Under the pieces are notes generated by a model. That model was not told the DNA's origin. It did no database searches and was given only the letters and a program-made list of their open reading frames with translations. A stretch of DNA of 64,000 nucleotides from Haplodiscus bocki. Its lineage: Eukaryota. The stretch lies in NCBI GenBank assembly GCA_965655095.1, contig OZ296651.1:117490001-117554000 (forward strand). Reading direction: 5' to 3'. Shown piece by piece: positions 39,571 to 51,403 of the stretch (the first letter of the stretch is position 1; each line of letters opens with the position of its first letter). Both the position numbers and the translations under genes were made by a program.

Positions 39571-42500
39571 TTAGAAAGCATTCGATTGGTTGGAACACAC
39601 TACAACTTTCAAATTGTCTTCTCTGTGTGCCCATGTTCTAGCAATGTTTTCAGCTAAGGAGATGGCTGTGGGAAGTGAAACATTGCTCTTCTTGACATTG
39701 ACATAAAGTGAAGCAGCATCGAGCCATTCTTTTTCAAAAAGTCGGATTCTTTGGCCAGCATTCGTCCAGTCGAAACCAGTAACATAGGCACAAACTATCC
39801 ACGGCATTCGAGTTGGCACCCTCGTGAATGCCGACCCCAAGCCTGCATTATGCTCTCGAGCACGACGAACCAAGGACATCGTTGAGCCAATATACAATAC
39901 GTTCTTTTGAGGAACACTTTGCAGCAAGTAACAAAAACCCAAAGCTTGCGTCGGCAACTCTTGCACTGAAGGCGGAAAAGGGGATGCTTTGGCAAGGTCA
40001 ATTGAAGCATCTTTCGTGCAACTTTTTGTCAAAATTTCATTCGTTAGCTCAGACCACTGTGATTTCTTACGCGTTAGATCAAGAATCGCTTTCTTGTTAG
40101 CTTCTCTTGTTCCCACAAACGTTACGTGGCTTAAATTTCTTACTCTACTCATGACTACATATAGTTGCTCCGGAAGCCACAAACTAAACTCCCTAGACCC
40201 CACAATTTGAGTGGCCACCATAGGCAACGTTTCACCCATGGTTTTGTGGATGGTCGAAGCTACAAACAGCTTCAGAGGGAACTGGATTCTGCGACATACT
40301 GTTTTATGGTTCAACCGAATTGTCACGCCGATCTCTTTATTGATAACAACACATCGCCAAGTGTTTGTCATAACTGACAGCGGAGGAATAGTTCGGCAAC
40401 CAGCTGGAGCTAGAGCAACTGTCACACTCCCATTTTCAATGCTATCCATAGAGACTAGAACACAAAGTTGGCCCTGATAAGCTTGTATTGATGGCTTATT
40501 AACTGTTAATCGTAGAATGGCCCCTGGGTAAAGGAACAAGGACCCGGGTTCGAGGCATTTCTTGTTGAGGAAATTGGAAGTCGTTGTTGACGCTTCGGTC
40601 CAGTTTTCAGTGCTAGACAAACACATTTCATCTACTGCCATGTGTTCATAATATTGAGTTCCACTGTTTTTAACGTCGGTTATCTTGTTTTCAGTTGCTT
40701 TACGCTCAGCTTGCCGTGTAGCGAAAATTCTGATACTATCGCTAGGCACGTCGGACCACGACTCCACAAAGTTGCAACTTTTTTCAATGATTTCCCAAAT
40801 GCGCTTTGCATTGGCATCTGTTTTGGGGACTGAAGACATTAGAGACAGTAGTTCTTGGCCGTTTTTGTTTTGCATCCTAACGAAATTCTTCAAGTTGTGG
40901 AAGGCGAAGGTGGTTAGAGGGAATGACGAGCTCATCAGATAGGAACCCGAAGGCGGAGGAAGTTGAAAGAAATCCCCAGTTGCAATGACCAATTTTCCAC
41001 CGAAAGGAACATAATTCGAGGTTATGACTTGCAACACATGATCAGTTGCTGCCCATATTTCGCTTGAGATCATCGACATTTCTTCAATAAAAAACACATC
41101 AACATTTTGCAGGAACCGGGTTTTAACAGGGGAACGCTGTAAGTTGGACAACGCAGTCTTTGCAAGCGACTCAGCAGAAGAACTTTTTTCAACCGGAAAA
41201 GGAATTAAGGCATTTAGATGTCTTCCCGCTAGAGCAGCAGATCTCTCAGCCGCTAAAGAGGTCACAACACAGTGTAATCCTTGACAGAGGGCATACGCAA
41301 GTGATTTCAGCATCACAAAAGTTTTGCCACTTCCAGGCGGACCGAAGACAACTTGATGTCTTATGAAAAAGCACAGTCGCCGCTTGTATTTATCGATTGA
41401 CAGCATCAGCCTGTCTAAAGTCCGGCATTGCTCAAGGTACGAATTTTTACACTGATCAGGGCTCTTTTGTATCTTTGGCTTCCACGGGACTGGCGCATTG
41501 ACAGTTGAATCTAACATGGTCGGTTCATTTGGCAATTGAGTTTGACATGTGTGAAGAAAAGCCACCATTTTACTTTTTTCCAACACTAATTGAAGAGTTA
41601 AAGCTTCATCACTTTCTTCCATGACTTTTATATCAAGGGCAGGCGGTAGTGCAGCCGCAAAATAAAGATTGTTTCTTAAAAGGGCTTCGGAAAGGACACC
41701 ATGTGCCATCAAAAGGTATTTTTCGATTAACTTCGAGGATCCGGGTGTAAAACGTAGTTGTTCCAACAAATACTTACGTGTCACAGTTTTTACCGTCATC
41801 TCATTGACGCAGCTGGGAACAACATTGGCTGCTACGAAAGCATCTTTGAATGATTGAACATTTAAAATGTCTATTTCTGTAATGAAATCTCCCAGAGTTA
41901 ACAAAAGATGCAGTAAAAATTTCGTGGGATTGTTTGGTAAAATGTTGCTATACACAACAACAGCCGTTTCGTTGGACAAACTTTTCCAATGAGCAACAAA
42001 CTGGCTATTGTTTCTGCTTCGAAGAACTGGAACGACGTTTTTTCTCATTTCATTTTTCAGCTTTTCATTCCGCTCATTACTACCTTTCAAACGACAAACG
42101 TTAATGAATGACTCTACAGCAGCTGGACGTAACTTGATGACATACCCTGTGGCATCCACCCAAAAAGTTTTGCGGATATTTTTTTTCACAAACAGTTCAT
42201 GATTGCTTTTGACTCTCTCAATTTGTGATTTACAACGAGCAAACCAACTGTAATAAACCGATAAAGTTGAAATGAAATTTAATTCGGGTGGACGAAGTCC
42301 GAAAAGGGTAACTTTGTCGGGCGTAACGAAGCTGGTTTCAACATCCGCAAGCAAAAGTACCTGACTTTCTGTGAACTGCCGGTATTTCGGAAGTTGCAAA
42401 ACTTGTCTGCGCACGCGAACTGCTTCGTCAAAAGTTGTGCTGAATTTCAATTTGTTGTTATGTTTCTCTTTCACAATCCCTGAGCGATATTCTTTTGGAA

Positions 42501-45500
42501 CTGTAGGCACATGTACGAAATCGACGTTCGTGCAAACGTAAGGGAGTTGTAAGCACCACCAGAGGCACTCTGTTATACTTACTATCCGCCCTGTAATTGC
42601 ATTCTGTTTTTCATAGTCCCGCAGTTTCTTGTTTATAGTAGCTTGAACGCCAGCTATTTTTTCGTTTTCAAGCGGCTGTGTCAACACTTTCACACTGTCC
42701 TCTGCTTCACCCGCCAGGATATTTGCCGCTGCTCGAGATTCAATTCCAGCGGCATATTTTGCAGCGTAACGTGGTGCCATGTAGTCATCACAAATTTGGA
42801 CATTTGTACTTGACTGTGTAAGAGCAAACAGAGCCGCATTAGTGGGAGAAAAATGTTCGTTACTCACAGTTGGATAATGGTGTTTTCCACCTACCAATGG
42901 TGCTTTAGCCTTTGGCGTTAAAGTATTTTCATCAATGTCCGCTAAACCTAATTCTTGCAGCAAATCCCACGTTTCAGCGGAGAAATTGATGGGCACCTCT
43001 TTGAAGGAGAAACATTGCGATGCCGGATACTTAGGCACACGGCAGATAGGCTGATTGAGTCTGTCTGTTTTCTTGTGGCATCGTTTACGGCCTTTGGTAC
43101 AATTATGAACCTGATATTTTTGAAATAAATCGGCAAGCATCAAACGGTCGCCCTTGGTTAATGTGGGACAACTGATTTCCAAGGCACCTAAGAACGTTTC
43201 TTTTGAGCAGCATATGCGAGATCGGACATCATTCGAAAATTTATCTTCCGGAGTACACAAAATTGCATGCAAGTGTGGAAACCCTGCAGTCTCCTCTTGC
43301 CATTCATATCTCAGCCAAATGTGAGATACAGGTCCCAATGGACGTTCTGGTGATTTCTTTATCCATTCCATGACATATTGGGAAGCTCGATACCAGCACC
43401 TGAGCATTGGCATTAGTTCAGCTTGAATTGCAGCTGACAACACTTCCTTTGCTGTAGTATCTTCTGGGTAGAGTTCATGAAGTGCTTCAAAAATTTTTCT
43501 AATACCGGGATGGGTTGATTGCCCGCAAGTATATGTCACAAAGTAGGTTGGATTTTTCTCCCTGATAAGAGCAGCGAGTTCGCACACATTCTTCCGGCTT
43601 TCAGCACAGTCAAACTTGAAAGTTTCGGTTGATACAAATCTAGAATTACTCGGAGCAGAACTCACTTCCTGCCAGCCGCGATTTAAAACAATTCGAACAT
43701 CAGTTTTGTGAAGTTGAGTGCTCAGGAGACAGTCTAATACGTACTGCAGATATGCAGCATTACAAGAAGTTAATAGTGACCCATCTTTTATTCGAGTGCG
43801 AAGCATATCTTCCAAACCAGCGAAACCCAGCTGTTTGTTGTACTTCGATGAATTGTATAGAGCTGCTGGTATCGCACCGTGAAAACTTCCGTTTTTTGAC
43901 TGAGACCAGAAAATTGACGGGAAAAGCAACGCTTCCGGTTGAACAAGAGGCAACGAGGAAGTTGAGATAGCAGCAATATTTTCCACGAAACGTTTCTCTT
44001 TCAAGGTTAGACTGATGGGATTTCCCTTACGCCGATACAAAAGATTGCATTGAGAGTTCAGAAGGATATGCAGCGGTAATTTAAAGTTCTCTTCCTTACA
44101 ACTACGTTGAACTGAAAGAGCTTTACTATCTTGACAAGGTTTTACTTTGCCCATGTATTTCAAGTTCTCATCAATAAAGTCATCATCGTTTTTGCCGGGT
44201 AAGAGTTCATCTATGAGTGAGGAATTGCTGCTGGTAACAAAATCGATTGTTTCTGCAGCTACCTCAGGGTCTGTTGATTCAAAAAATGGCATGTTACAAA
44301 ATCTCTTAGGCCCACTTCTTGGATTAGTTGAAACTGAAGAATCAGATTCAGAAGACAATTCCATTATCTCTTCCTTTGGGCATGGAGCAGCATTTATTAG
44401 GACACGTTTATTGGTCTCCTTCAGTCCTTCCTTGAAATGACTCTTGCATATACAGCTATGACATTGAAAGTATGGGCAGCGCAAAAACGAGCACAGGCCG
44501 CATCTGCAACGAAAAGTACTTTTCCTAAAATCTCTCGTCAGCGGTAAATCGTGCTTTTGACATATAAAGACGCCCTGACCTGTCAAAGTGCTCAAAAATT
44601 GCCACTTCAGATCGGCCAAGTCAACATTTCTTGTTTTTTCAAAAATTGCAATAGTCCAGTAACCACGAAAGGCTGACTGAATAGCCTCGGTTGGATTGCC
44701 GTCAGTTTTCCTCGCGAATTTGCTGTTCTTTTCAATGATCCAAAACCTTTGGAAATCTTTTCCATGCCGAACCAACCAACGTGGCTCGTTTTTAGGTCCT
44801 GCATCTTTTGATCCCATTGCAATCAATTCATATTCCTGGCCTGAGACAACGAAGCTCAATGGAGGTTCATTTCTGTTTCGCAAATTATTGACGGACGTGG
44901 TAGTGAAAATGGCATGAGTTGTTACATCAGGAAACTCCAAATTTGACGCACAAGTAATGGCTTTGCGTTCCAGCAGAGGGATATGGCGAATACTGTCACA
45001 ACACATTTCAAGGAATTTCGCACCGAGGACGCAACAACATTGGGCACTAGTCGAGGCTTCGTCTTCACTTTGACATTGTTGTAGTAATTTCTTTATGGAT
45101 TCCTCCGATCGCCTCAGAAGTATCGTACTGTTTGCATTACGCATTGTCGTTGGGGAAATGAAAACATTTCTCAGCAAACAGAACAAGGGTTTCAGTGTCA
45201 CAGGGTATTTGGGCGAATTAACTAACAAACGACACATCAATGGTGACAAACAGGTTGCAGCTTGTACAAGCCACAAGACGTTATTGCAGTTATTGTTCAG
45301 TGGAGGGGGTGAACAACCGAAATCGTCAGTACCTTGTGCAAAAGAATAACAACTTAAAGCTTCAACGTAGTTCAAATATTGCTTTTCACATTTGTCCACA
45401 ATTTTGGCAACCTCAACGCAAGTTTCCAAGTCAGTCGAAGAGCTATGCAACAAACAACTGGTCACATTTGCCATCTGTGGCTGATACTGAAGCATTCCGG

Positions 45501-47622
45501 AAGCAATATCATCAACAATTTTGCCGTCTCTCACCCATTGGCGAATCAGAGTTTTAATATCGTCTCTGAAACAGCAAGAAATTCCTTCCGCCTGATACAA
45601 GATATCGCTAGTGATGTCCCAACGTGTTTTTCGCTTCAACCGCACTGTACTTATGCCACTGTAAGAACCGATACTTTTCAGTAACTGGTATGTATGACTG
45701 GCGAAATTCGCTTTGATGTTTGTTATCCAGGAAATTGTCGGAGCTACCACACTCAAACGCTCCTCGTGGAGTAGAGCTGTTCGTGTTAAAGAAGGATGGG
45801 AAGGAGGGTGAATGTAATGAACGGAGGACCCCTTTGAGTGCATGGAGCAAGCATGAACTATCAATCCTTCCGACTTGTCCACTCTCAATGTTGCTGCAAC
45901 TAAGAATCGTCGCAGTGATAATGTAGGTACCAAGAAATCCGATCGCATCCCGCGCAGATGCAAGTGGCTAGAAGCTTGAAAAGATGTAAACTCCGGGTAA
46001 AATAGGTTCAAAAAGTGTTTGGCTGCAATGAATCCTACTTCTTCAATGAAACACCAGCAACCGAAAGGGCACCTGACGTTGGGGTAAGGTTCCTCATCTA
46101 AAGCAAGTGCGATGCTTTCCTGCTCCAAACCTTTCAATAGTTGTTGAAAACGACGCAATCGAAGGGTTCCATCAACAGCACATTTGCCCTGGATTCTGCT
46201 TTTGTTCAGATATTGCTGCACACTAGATGAAAAACATCCAATAGATCCCAGCCATTGCTGCCTTATTTCCACAGGCAATATTGCCAAAATGTTTATCTGT
46301 GTTTCTCTGGTTAATTTTATATCACTTAAGAGTGTGAAAAACACAGAAGGCCATGCCTCATTCCAGTCAATGCGCTCGAATGTGCAATAACATAAACACA
46401 AATTACATAGATAGACAAGGGATTCTCGAAGTCGATTTCCGAACATTCTGTTCTTCAGTTCTGATTTCTTTTTGCTAACCAGCTTGAATGGATGATGGAG
46501 TGTTGGTTTTCGCATGCATTTTTGGCAGTAGTCAATATTGTCCGGAACAGAACTTTTGTCATGCGTTTCTCTATTGCTTTTATCAGTGCCTGACACACTG
46601 GAAGCAGAATTGTGAAGGTTCATCCATTCTGGTGAATGATTTCCCGTCATTTTCTTTCTGCCCTCAGTCGAAGAAGGGGAGAATGGCGGGTTGTAGTTGC
46701 AAGTTGCGGTGACACTAATGTGAGGCGAAGACACTTCTGGCATTGGAGAATGTGTTTCAAAAGTGTTAGCATCAGTAGTACTGAGCTTCGTTTTTTTCGT
46801 AGCTGGTTCTTCTGCTGTACCCTGAAGAGCTCTCAGTAACTGAGTCTCAGCTGCACAAATCCTCGAAGAGAATTCCAAGGAAGAGTTAACCATTGAAGCT
46901 CTTGGCGGACACACAATTTCATCAATTCTAATCGAAAAGAGCTCATTGACTACTTCAAAGTGATTTGCACTCCTAGTTTGTTGAATGAAAATGCCTCGCC
47001 TGTCTGTATTCAAACAACATTCATATATCAACCAAGATTTCAAAGGCACATGGTATAAATAAACGTCAACTGAAAAAACTTGACAGAAAGTATAAATTTC
47101 TACGCAAGTCCCAAAAACACCATTTTCGCCCATTTTCGAAACACGGAGGTACTCGTCAACAGAAGCACAAGTCAAAATACGATGCTGATTGGGAAAATCG
47201 TCCGAGTGAATTACAGTTTGCAGGCTATTAGGGGGGAAATTGATCAAGTTCATGTTTGCAACAATTACATTTCGTATATTTTCACCACAATCCTGCATCA
47301 GACCGAGAGCAACAGCCAAAGCAGTAAAAAGGCAATTACCGTCACCAAGAATTGGAGTGACGTTCGCCGGGCGCAAAGAAGAAATGAAGCAATCATTTGG
47401 GATTGTACTTTGGTGATTCAAGAGAAAGTCACTCAACTCCAAATTAGCCAGGGAATGCAAAATATCTTTTCTTCGGGCAGGTGACACGGATATGGCAGTG
47501 TCTGGAATTTTGTATAACACACCTAAAGGCTCGTCAGCTTGAAGTTCTGTTTCAATATCTTTGACACATTCATGGTTCTTACCAGCAAATTGTCCACAAG
47601 CAATGCAACGTCGCCGCTTCAT
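39571..47622 (-). CDS. Intact Zn knuckle-OTU-Cys-rich-HUH Rep-PIF1-like helicase-GIY-YIG protein (2683 aa)
   Basis: CIACGQF..HEC; GDGNCLF...NHFEVV (OTU); YFVTYT, YEWQ..PHLH, YAAKY (Rep); GPPGSGKT, FIEEMSM, GDFFQLPP, TIHKTMG, QLYVVMSRV (helicase); FCYLLQS..LYIGST..RRAREHN..PW..GF..FEKEW (GIY-YIG). Confidence 0.95.
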   Translation of the reverse strand: MKRRRCIACGQFAGKNHECVKDIETELQADEPLGVLYKIPDTAISVSPARRKDILHSLANLELSDFLLNHQSTIPNDCFISSLRPANVTPILGDGNCLFTALAVALGLMQDCGENIRNVIVANMNLINFPPNSLQTVIHSDDFPNQHRILTCASVDEYLRVSKMGENGVFGTCVEIYTFCQVFSVDVYLYHVPLKSWLIYECCLNTDRRGIFIQQTRSANHFEVVNELFSIRIDEIVCPPRASMVNSSLEFSSRICAAETQLLRALQGTAEEPATKKTKLSTTDANTFETHSPMPEVSSPHISVTATCNYNPPFSPSSTEGRKKMTGNHSPEWMNLHNSASSVSGTDKSNRETHDKSSVPDNIDYCQKCMRKPTLHHPFKLVSKKKSELKNRMFGNRLRESLVYLCNLCLCYCTFERIDWNEAWPSVFFTLLSDIKLTRETQINILAILPVEIRQQWLGSIGCFSSSVQQYLNKSRIQGKCAVDGTLRLRRFQQLLKGLEQESIALALDEEPYPNVRCPFGCWCFIEEVGFIAAKHFLNLFYPEFTSFQASSHLHLRGMRSDFLVPTLSLRRFLVAATLRVDKSEGLIVHACSMHSKGSSVHYIHPPSHPSLTRTALLHEERLSVVAPTISWITNIKANFASHTYQLLKSIGSYSGISTVRLKRKTRWDITSDILYQAEGISCCFRDDIKTLIRQWVRDGKIVDDIASGMLQYQPQMANVTSCLLHSSSTDLETCVEVAKIVDKCEKQYLNYVEALSCYSFAQGTDDFGCSPPPLNNNCNNVLWLVQAATCLSPLMCRLLVNSPKYPVTLKPLFCLLRNVFISPTTMRNANSTILLRRSEESIKKLLQQCQSEDEASTSAQCCCVLGAKFLEMCCDSIRHIPLLERKAITCASNLEFPDVTTHAIFTTTSVNNLRNRNEPPLSFVVSGQEYELIAMGSKDAGPKNEPRWLVRHGKDFQRFWIIEKNSKFARKTDGNPTEAIQSAFRGYWTIAIFEKTRNVDLADLKWQFLSTLTGQGVFICQKHDLPLTRDFRKSTFRCRCGLCSFLRCPYFQCHSCICKSHFKEGLKETNKRVLINAAPCPKEEIMELSSESDSSVSTNPRSGPKRFCNMPFFESTDPEVAAETIDFVTSSNSSLIDELLPGKNDDDFIDENLKYMGKVKPCQDSKALSVQRSCKEENFKLPLHILLNSQCNLLYRRKGNPISLTLKEKRFVENIAAISTSSLPLVQPEALLFPSIFWSQSKNGSFHGAIPAALYNSSKYNKQLGFAGLEDMLRTRIKDGSLLTSCNAAYLQYVLDCLLSTQLHKTDVRIVLNRGWQEVSSAPSNSRFVSTETFKFDCAESRKNVCELAALIREKNPTYFVTYTCGQSTHPGIRKIFEALHELYPEDTTAKEVLSAAIQAELMPMLRCWYRASQYVMEWIKKSPERPLGPVSHIWLRYEWQEETAGFPHLHAILCTPEDKFSNDVRSRICCSKETFLGALEISCPTLTKGDRLMLADLFQKYQVHNCTKGRKRCHKKTDRLNQPICRVPKYPASQCFSFKEVPINFSAETWDLLQELGLADIDENTLTPKAKAPLVGGKHHYPTVSNEHFSPTNAALFALTQSSTNVQICDDYMAPRYAAKYAAGIESRAAANILAGEAEDSVKVLTQPLENEKIAGVQATINKKLRDYEKQNAITGRIVSITECLWWCLQLPYVCTNVDFVHVPTVPKEYRSGIVKEKHNNKLKFSTTFDEAVRVRRQVLQLPKYRQFTESQVLLLADVETSFVTPDKVTLFGLRPPELNFISTLSVYYSWFARCKSQIERVKSNHELFVKKNIRKTFWVDATGYVIKLRPAAVESFINVCRLKGSNERNEKLKNEMRKNVVPVLRSRNNSQFVAHWKSLSNETAVVVYSNILPNNPTKFLLHLLLTLGDFITEIDILNVQSFKDAFVAANVVPSCVNEMTVKTVTRKYLLEQLRFTPGSSKLIEKYLLMAHGVLSEALLRNNLYFAAALPPALDIKVMEESDEALTLQLVLEKSKMVAFLHTCQTQLPNEPTMLDSTVNAPVPWKPKIQKSPDQCKNSYLEQCRTLDRLMLSIDKYKRRLCFFIRHQVVFGPPGSGKTFVMLKSLAYALCQGLHCVVTSLAAERSAALAGRHLNALIPFPVEKSSSAESLAKTALSNLQRSPVKTRFLQNVDVFFIEEMSMISSEIWAATDHVLQVITSNYVPFGGKLVIATGDFFQLPPPSGSYLMSSSFPLTTFAFHNLKNFVRMQNKNGQELLSLMSSVPKTDANAKRIWEIIEKSCNFVESWSDVPSDSIRIFATRQAERKATENKITDVKNSGTQYYEHMAVDEMCLSSTENWTEASTTTSNFLNKKCLEPGSLFLYPGAILRLTVNKPSIQAYQGQLCVLVSMDSIENGSVTVALAPAGCRTIPPLSVMTNTWRCVVINKEIGVTIRLNHKTVCRRIQFPLKLFVASTIHKTMGETLPMVATQIVGSREFSLWLPEQLYVVMSRVRNLSHVTFVGTREANKKAILDLTRKKSQWSELTNEILTKSCTKDASIDLAKASPFPPSVQELPTQALGFCYLLQSVPQKNVLYIGSTMSLVRRAREHNAGLGSAFTRVPTRMPWIVCAYVTGFDWTNAGQRIRLFEKEWLDAASLYVNVKKSNVSLPTAISLAENIARTWAHREDNLKVVVCSNQSNAF

Positions 47623-47909
47623 ATTTCAAAAATTGTCATAAGGAGCCAGTGACAACTTAACAGAAGGTCATGATCATGTCATTCCATATCTATTTGAAAA
47701 AGAAACGAGTGGTTCAAACTGGCGCAACACGTTTTTTAAACAATTTATTTCCCTAATACACAAGCGGGAAAATACCTGACAGAAAAAAATTCTCTATGAA
47801 TACATTCATACTGCAACTCAACTTCAGTGAAGGGATTAAATCATCCGAGCAAACACCCAACAAAACTGAGAAAAAATAGCATATCGAACGAAATGCATAA
47901 ATCCTTTCA

Positions 47910-47947
47910 GCCTTGGTTTTGTGAGGGCTACTGAGCAAAACCAAGGC
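47910..47947. promoter_or_regulatory. Inverted repeat GCCTTGGTTTTGT-N12-GCAAAACCAAGGC upstream of RepHel C
   Basis: Same arms as 30090-30127 with an unrelated 12-nt spacer. Confidence 0.6.
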
Positions 47948-50900
47948 GGTCAGTGATCTCATGAATTTCTACTCTAAGAGACAGATCGTTTTATCTAGCT
48001 ACAGATGTTCCCATAACAACTTGTTCTAGTGGAAAAAAAGTGAAGACCAAGGAAATGTCAATGCAAAAACGTGTTCAGCAATTAGTTGGAGAAAAAAACA
48101 GCTAAATGTATTTTTTTTTCAAAAACAACAGGACTTAATAAATGTTCACCATCGTACACGAGTAAAATCTCAATAAATCACACACGATAAACTGGAAATT
48201 AAAAAGAACATTTCTTTGTACAGGAAAACTTTGGTTGCGTAAATCCACTTGATTGTTACTTTATTTTTGCAAAAACTGTTATAATCAAAATGAAAGGGCT
48301 TAACCAACGCAAAAAAACTACCTAAGTAGTTTACATTGCTGAGAAAAATCATGTTTCATCAAACAAGTTATTTTGGAATTTCGTTTCACATCTTTTGAGA
48401 TGTCGGAAATCAGAAGACAAACAAGTGGTTTTTGTTGACGTAAAAAGCCACAAAAGACATGCAAATAACAGCACAACTTCTGCAGAGAGACACAAAACCA
48501 GTATTGACGAAACCCTGATCAAATTCATACATCTGCAAAAAGTCAGAGAACAGTCCCCATTTTTGAGCTATGTACAATGCCCACTTGGCTTTTTTATGAA
48601 ACAAGAAACACTCCTATTCGTTTCTTCGGCTTTAGGACAATCTGGATATTTTAATCGAGCAAAAAGTAGATTCATCAGTTGTTGTGAGGCATAACAATGT
48701 TCATGTTATGCAGTGCAATCATCCAAACAGTTGAGGTGCTAATTCATTTTCCGCATACTTTCATCTGAGATCATTCCGCTCCTATTGAGGTGTACATTCA
48801 GTTATCGTTGAGGGAACGCTAACAGAAAAACGTAATGGAAATGTTATTTTATAGAAAACTACAAAAATTGAGAACCAAAGAACAAAATTGACAAAGAAAA
48901 AAAAGGATCGAAAATTAGTCTTTGGGTATATGGAAAACACCGCGGACTACAGAAGTTATCCGATAAAACATATGGGAGTCTTTAGATGAAACTTTTTGAT
49001 TACTCTAACCAAACTGCGCAACACAAGTAGCAGTTAGGACATGCTGGCCTGCCGTTTTTTTCTGAAAAATGCAACGTGAAAAAGGCATCGTTTAACTAAA
49101 AGGAAACACACTGCAACAACAAGTAGCCAAAAAATTCATTCGTCATCAGTACTCTATCGTGAAATTCAAGTACTATTTCTCCGTTGGGAAGTCGAATCAT
49201 CAATTGAAACAACATATTTGCTCTTGCCAATTGATTGATTATGGCTGATAAACCAGTGATGAAACGCAATTATGTGACACCAGCCTAGAGAAAACATAAA
49301 TTCAACACAATCAACAAATGTCAGGCAAAGAGATTTCAAAAGAAGCACTTTGGAGAAAAATTTGTTCATCAGTTGCTCTGCTGAAGAAAATAAACGGAGA
49401 TCTGTGAATAAACGCTGCAAAACAGTCAGAATAAAATTTAAAAGGCGATGTCGTTTTAGGTGAATTGATCTTTTACCTAAACCAACCCAATGATAGAATA
49501 TGGTAGGGATTAAAAAATCGGCATTTATTATAGAAACACACCAAAGATATTGGTATTGTACAAATTGCTACATCCTAACCAAAAATCATATTATGATATG
49601 AAGAAGAAAACACCGGGATTTTGCATTTACCCCACCTCTATTTTTCGACCTGCTACCAATTTCAAAAATGATGACAATCTTTCTGACAATCGAAACATCG
49701 AGTTGAATCCAAAAAAAATCCAAATAAACCAACCCAAAGAACCTGGTGTTGTTCTGCAGCTGGAGAATAACAAAACACAGTTTCCTGAAGCATGCTGATT
49801 GGATTCAAAAATCATTCAAGATGATGCACTTGTACTTAGGTGAAATTTGGCCAAATATATGGAATTAAATGAAAGGTCCTCAAATTTTCCTGACGATTTG
49901 GACAAATTAACAGTACTTTTAACAATTCCAAGAGGGTTCCAAACTCGCGAGAAGCACCACACAAAATTACTGCAATGTGTGTAGTTGACGTGTGGCAAGC
50001 CTCGAGTTTTTCAAATGACCTTTGCTAATTAACAATGGAAACTTCGAAATACCAAAAAACTTGTGAAAAGAGCGTCCGAATCAACGGGACGGATGAAGCA
50101 GTAGATGGTGTCCGGAATCCAAAGGAAATTAGTAGGAAACGAAATAAATGGCAGAAATAGAAGCATCGGGTCTGAAACGCAGCGAATACGGGTAGCATGT
50201 TACTGCAGCACCTGCATTCATTTTTGTATATTTGGTCAATGCGTGTACTGAAACTCGGTCAAGCAAACTGGCCAAAAGTTATTCCAATGTCTGACATTAA
50301 AAAACTCACTGACGCTGCAGGGTAGTCATCATGCAGTGGCCTGTTAAATCGAAAACACTTCAGAGCAAAGACGAAATGTAAAATCAAAGCCCAGACAAAA
50401 CGCAATCTGAGATTTTGGAACACCGTTTTTAACGTTTTTCATCCTGCATGAACAAAGTCCACTTCTTGTGGCATTGTTGAAAGCAATCAGTTGGGAAATT
50501 TGAGACTGCTTGCGAAAAGAAGCAATTGTCGAAGAACAAGATCCAGTAGTAAGGACTACCATAAAATGAAATTGAAGCAATTCTTAAGTGAAGCAATGTT
50601 TTCGTATTGAATGTGTTTCATACCTGACAGACTAATTCACAATTTTTTGGCAGTTGGTCTACCGACTGAGTCATATAGGCGTCGAATCTGTCATGTTACG
50701 TACAGCTACAGGCAAAACAGAACGATTTAGGTCCACTCTACATAGAAAATCACTGGAAAACGGAATGAAGCTTAAAGGAGGGGAAAAGTGACAGAACGAA
50801 CTTTCTCCTAATAGCCTATGTTCCTCACAGGCAGACTCATAGGCAACTGCAAAAACATGATAAAAAAGCACGACGGAGCACCTTCCCTGCAGAGGAATTA

Positions 50901-51403
50901 ACACATCAACACTCCAATGCACGTGAAATTGCTATAAAGTCTGAGCTTTTATACAACAACCACAGAAAAAAACTGTGCCTATATATCATGCCATTTTACT
51001 AAAAGTTGACAGAAAATATTGTAAACTTTCTTGAAAACAGATGGGACTGTTAACGGCCCAGGGTGAAAACTTATTTTGAGAAAAATACATTTACTTGAAG
51101 GCACTTCACCGTTGTGGCATCCTTGTAGCAAAGTTTTACTACACTGAGGGTGTAACACTTACTGAATTAATGGCGAAAAACGTAATTCCACAAAGTAAGC
51201 AAATTGACACTTTGGTATGACACACTTTTCCCAAAAAAAACAACGACAACCTATCCCAGAAAGATTCAGCAGTTTATAATGATCAAAGGCCGACGGAAAA
51301 GACGTTAGGCATAAACAAAAAAAACATTTGCAGAGAAAACATGCCCAGAATTGGCAATCCAATTGTTCTCTGGACTTTGGATCCGATAAAAAATCCTTGT
51401 AAT

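Noticed and set aside
4863-47622. Polinton or endogenous giant-virus origin
   Set aside because: No polB, integrase, packaging ATPase or capsid ORF is visible; HUH Rep + PIF1 helicase defines Helitron-like elements.
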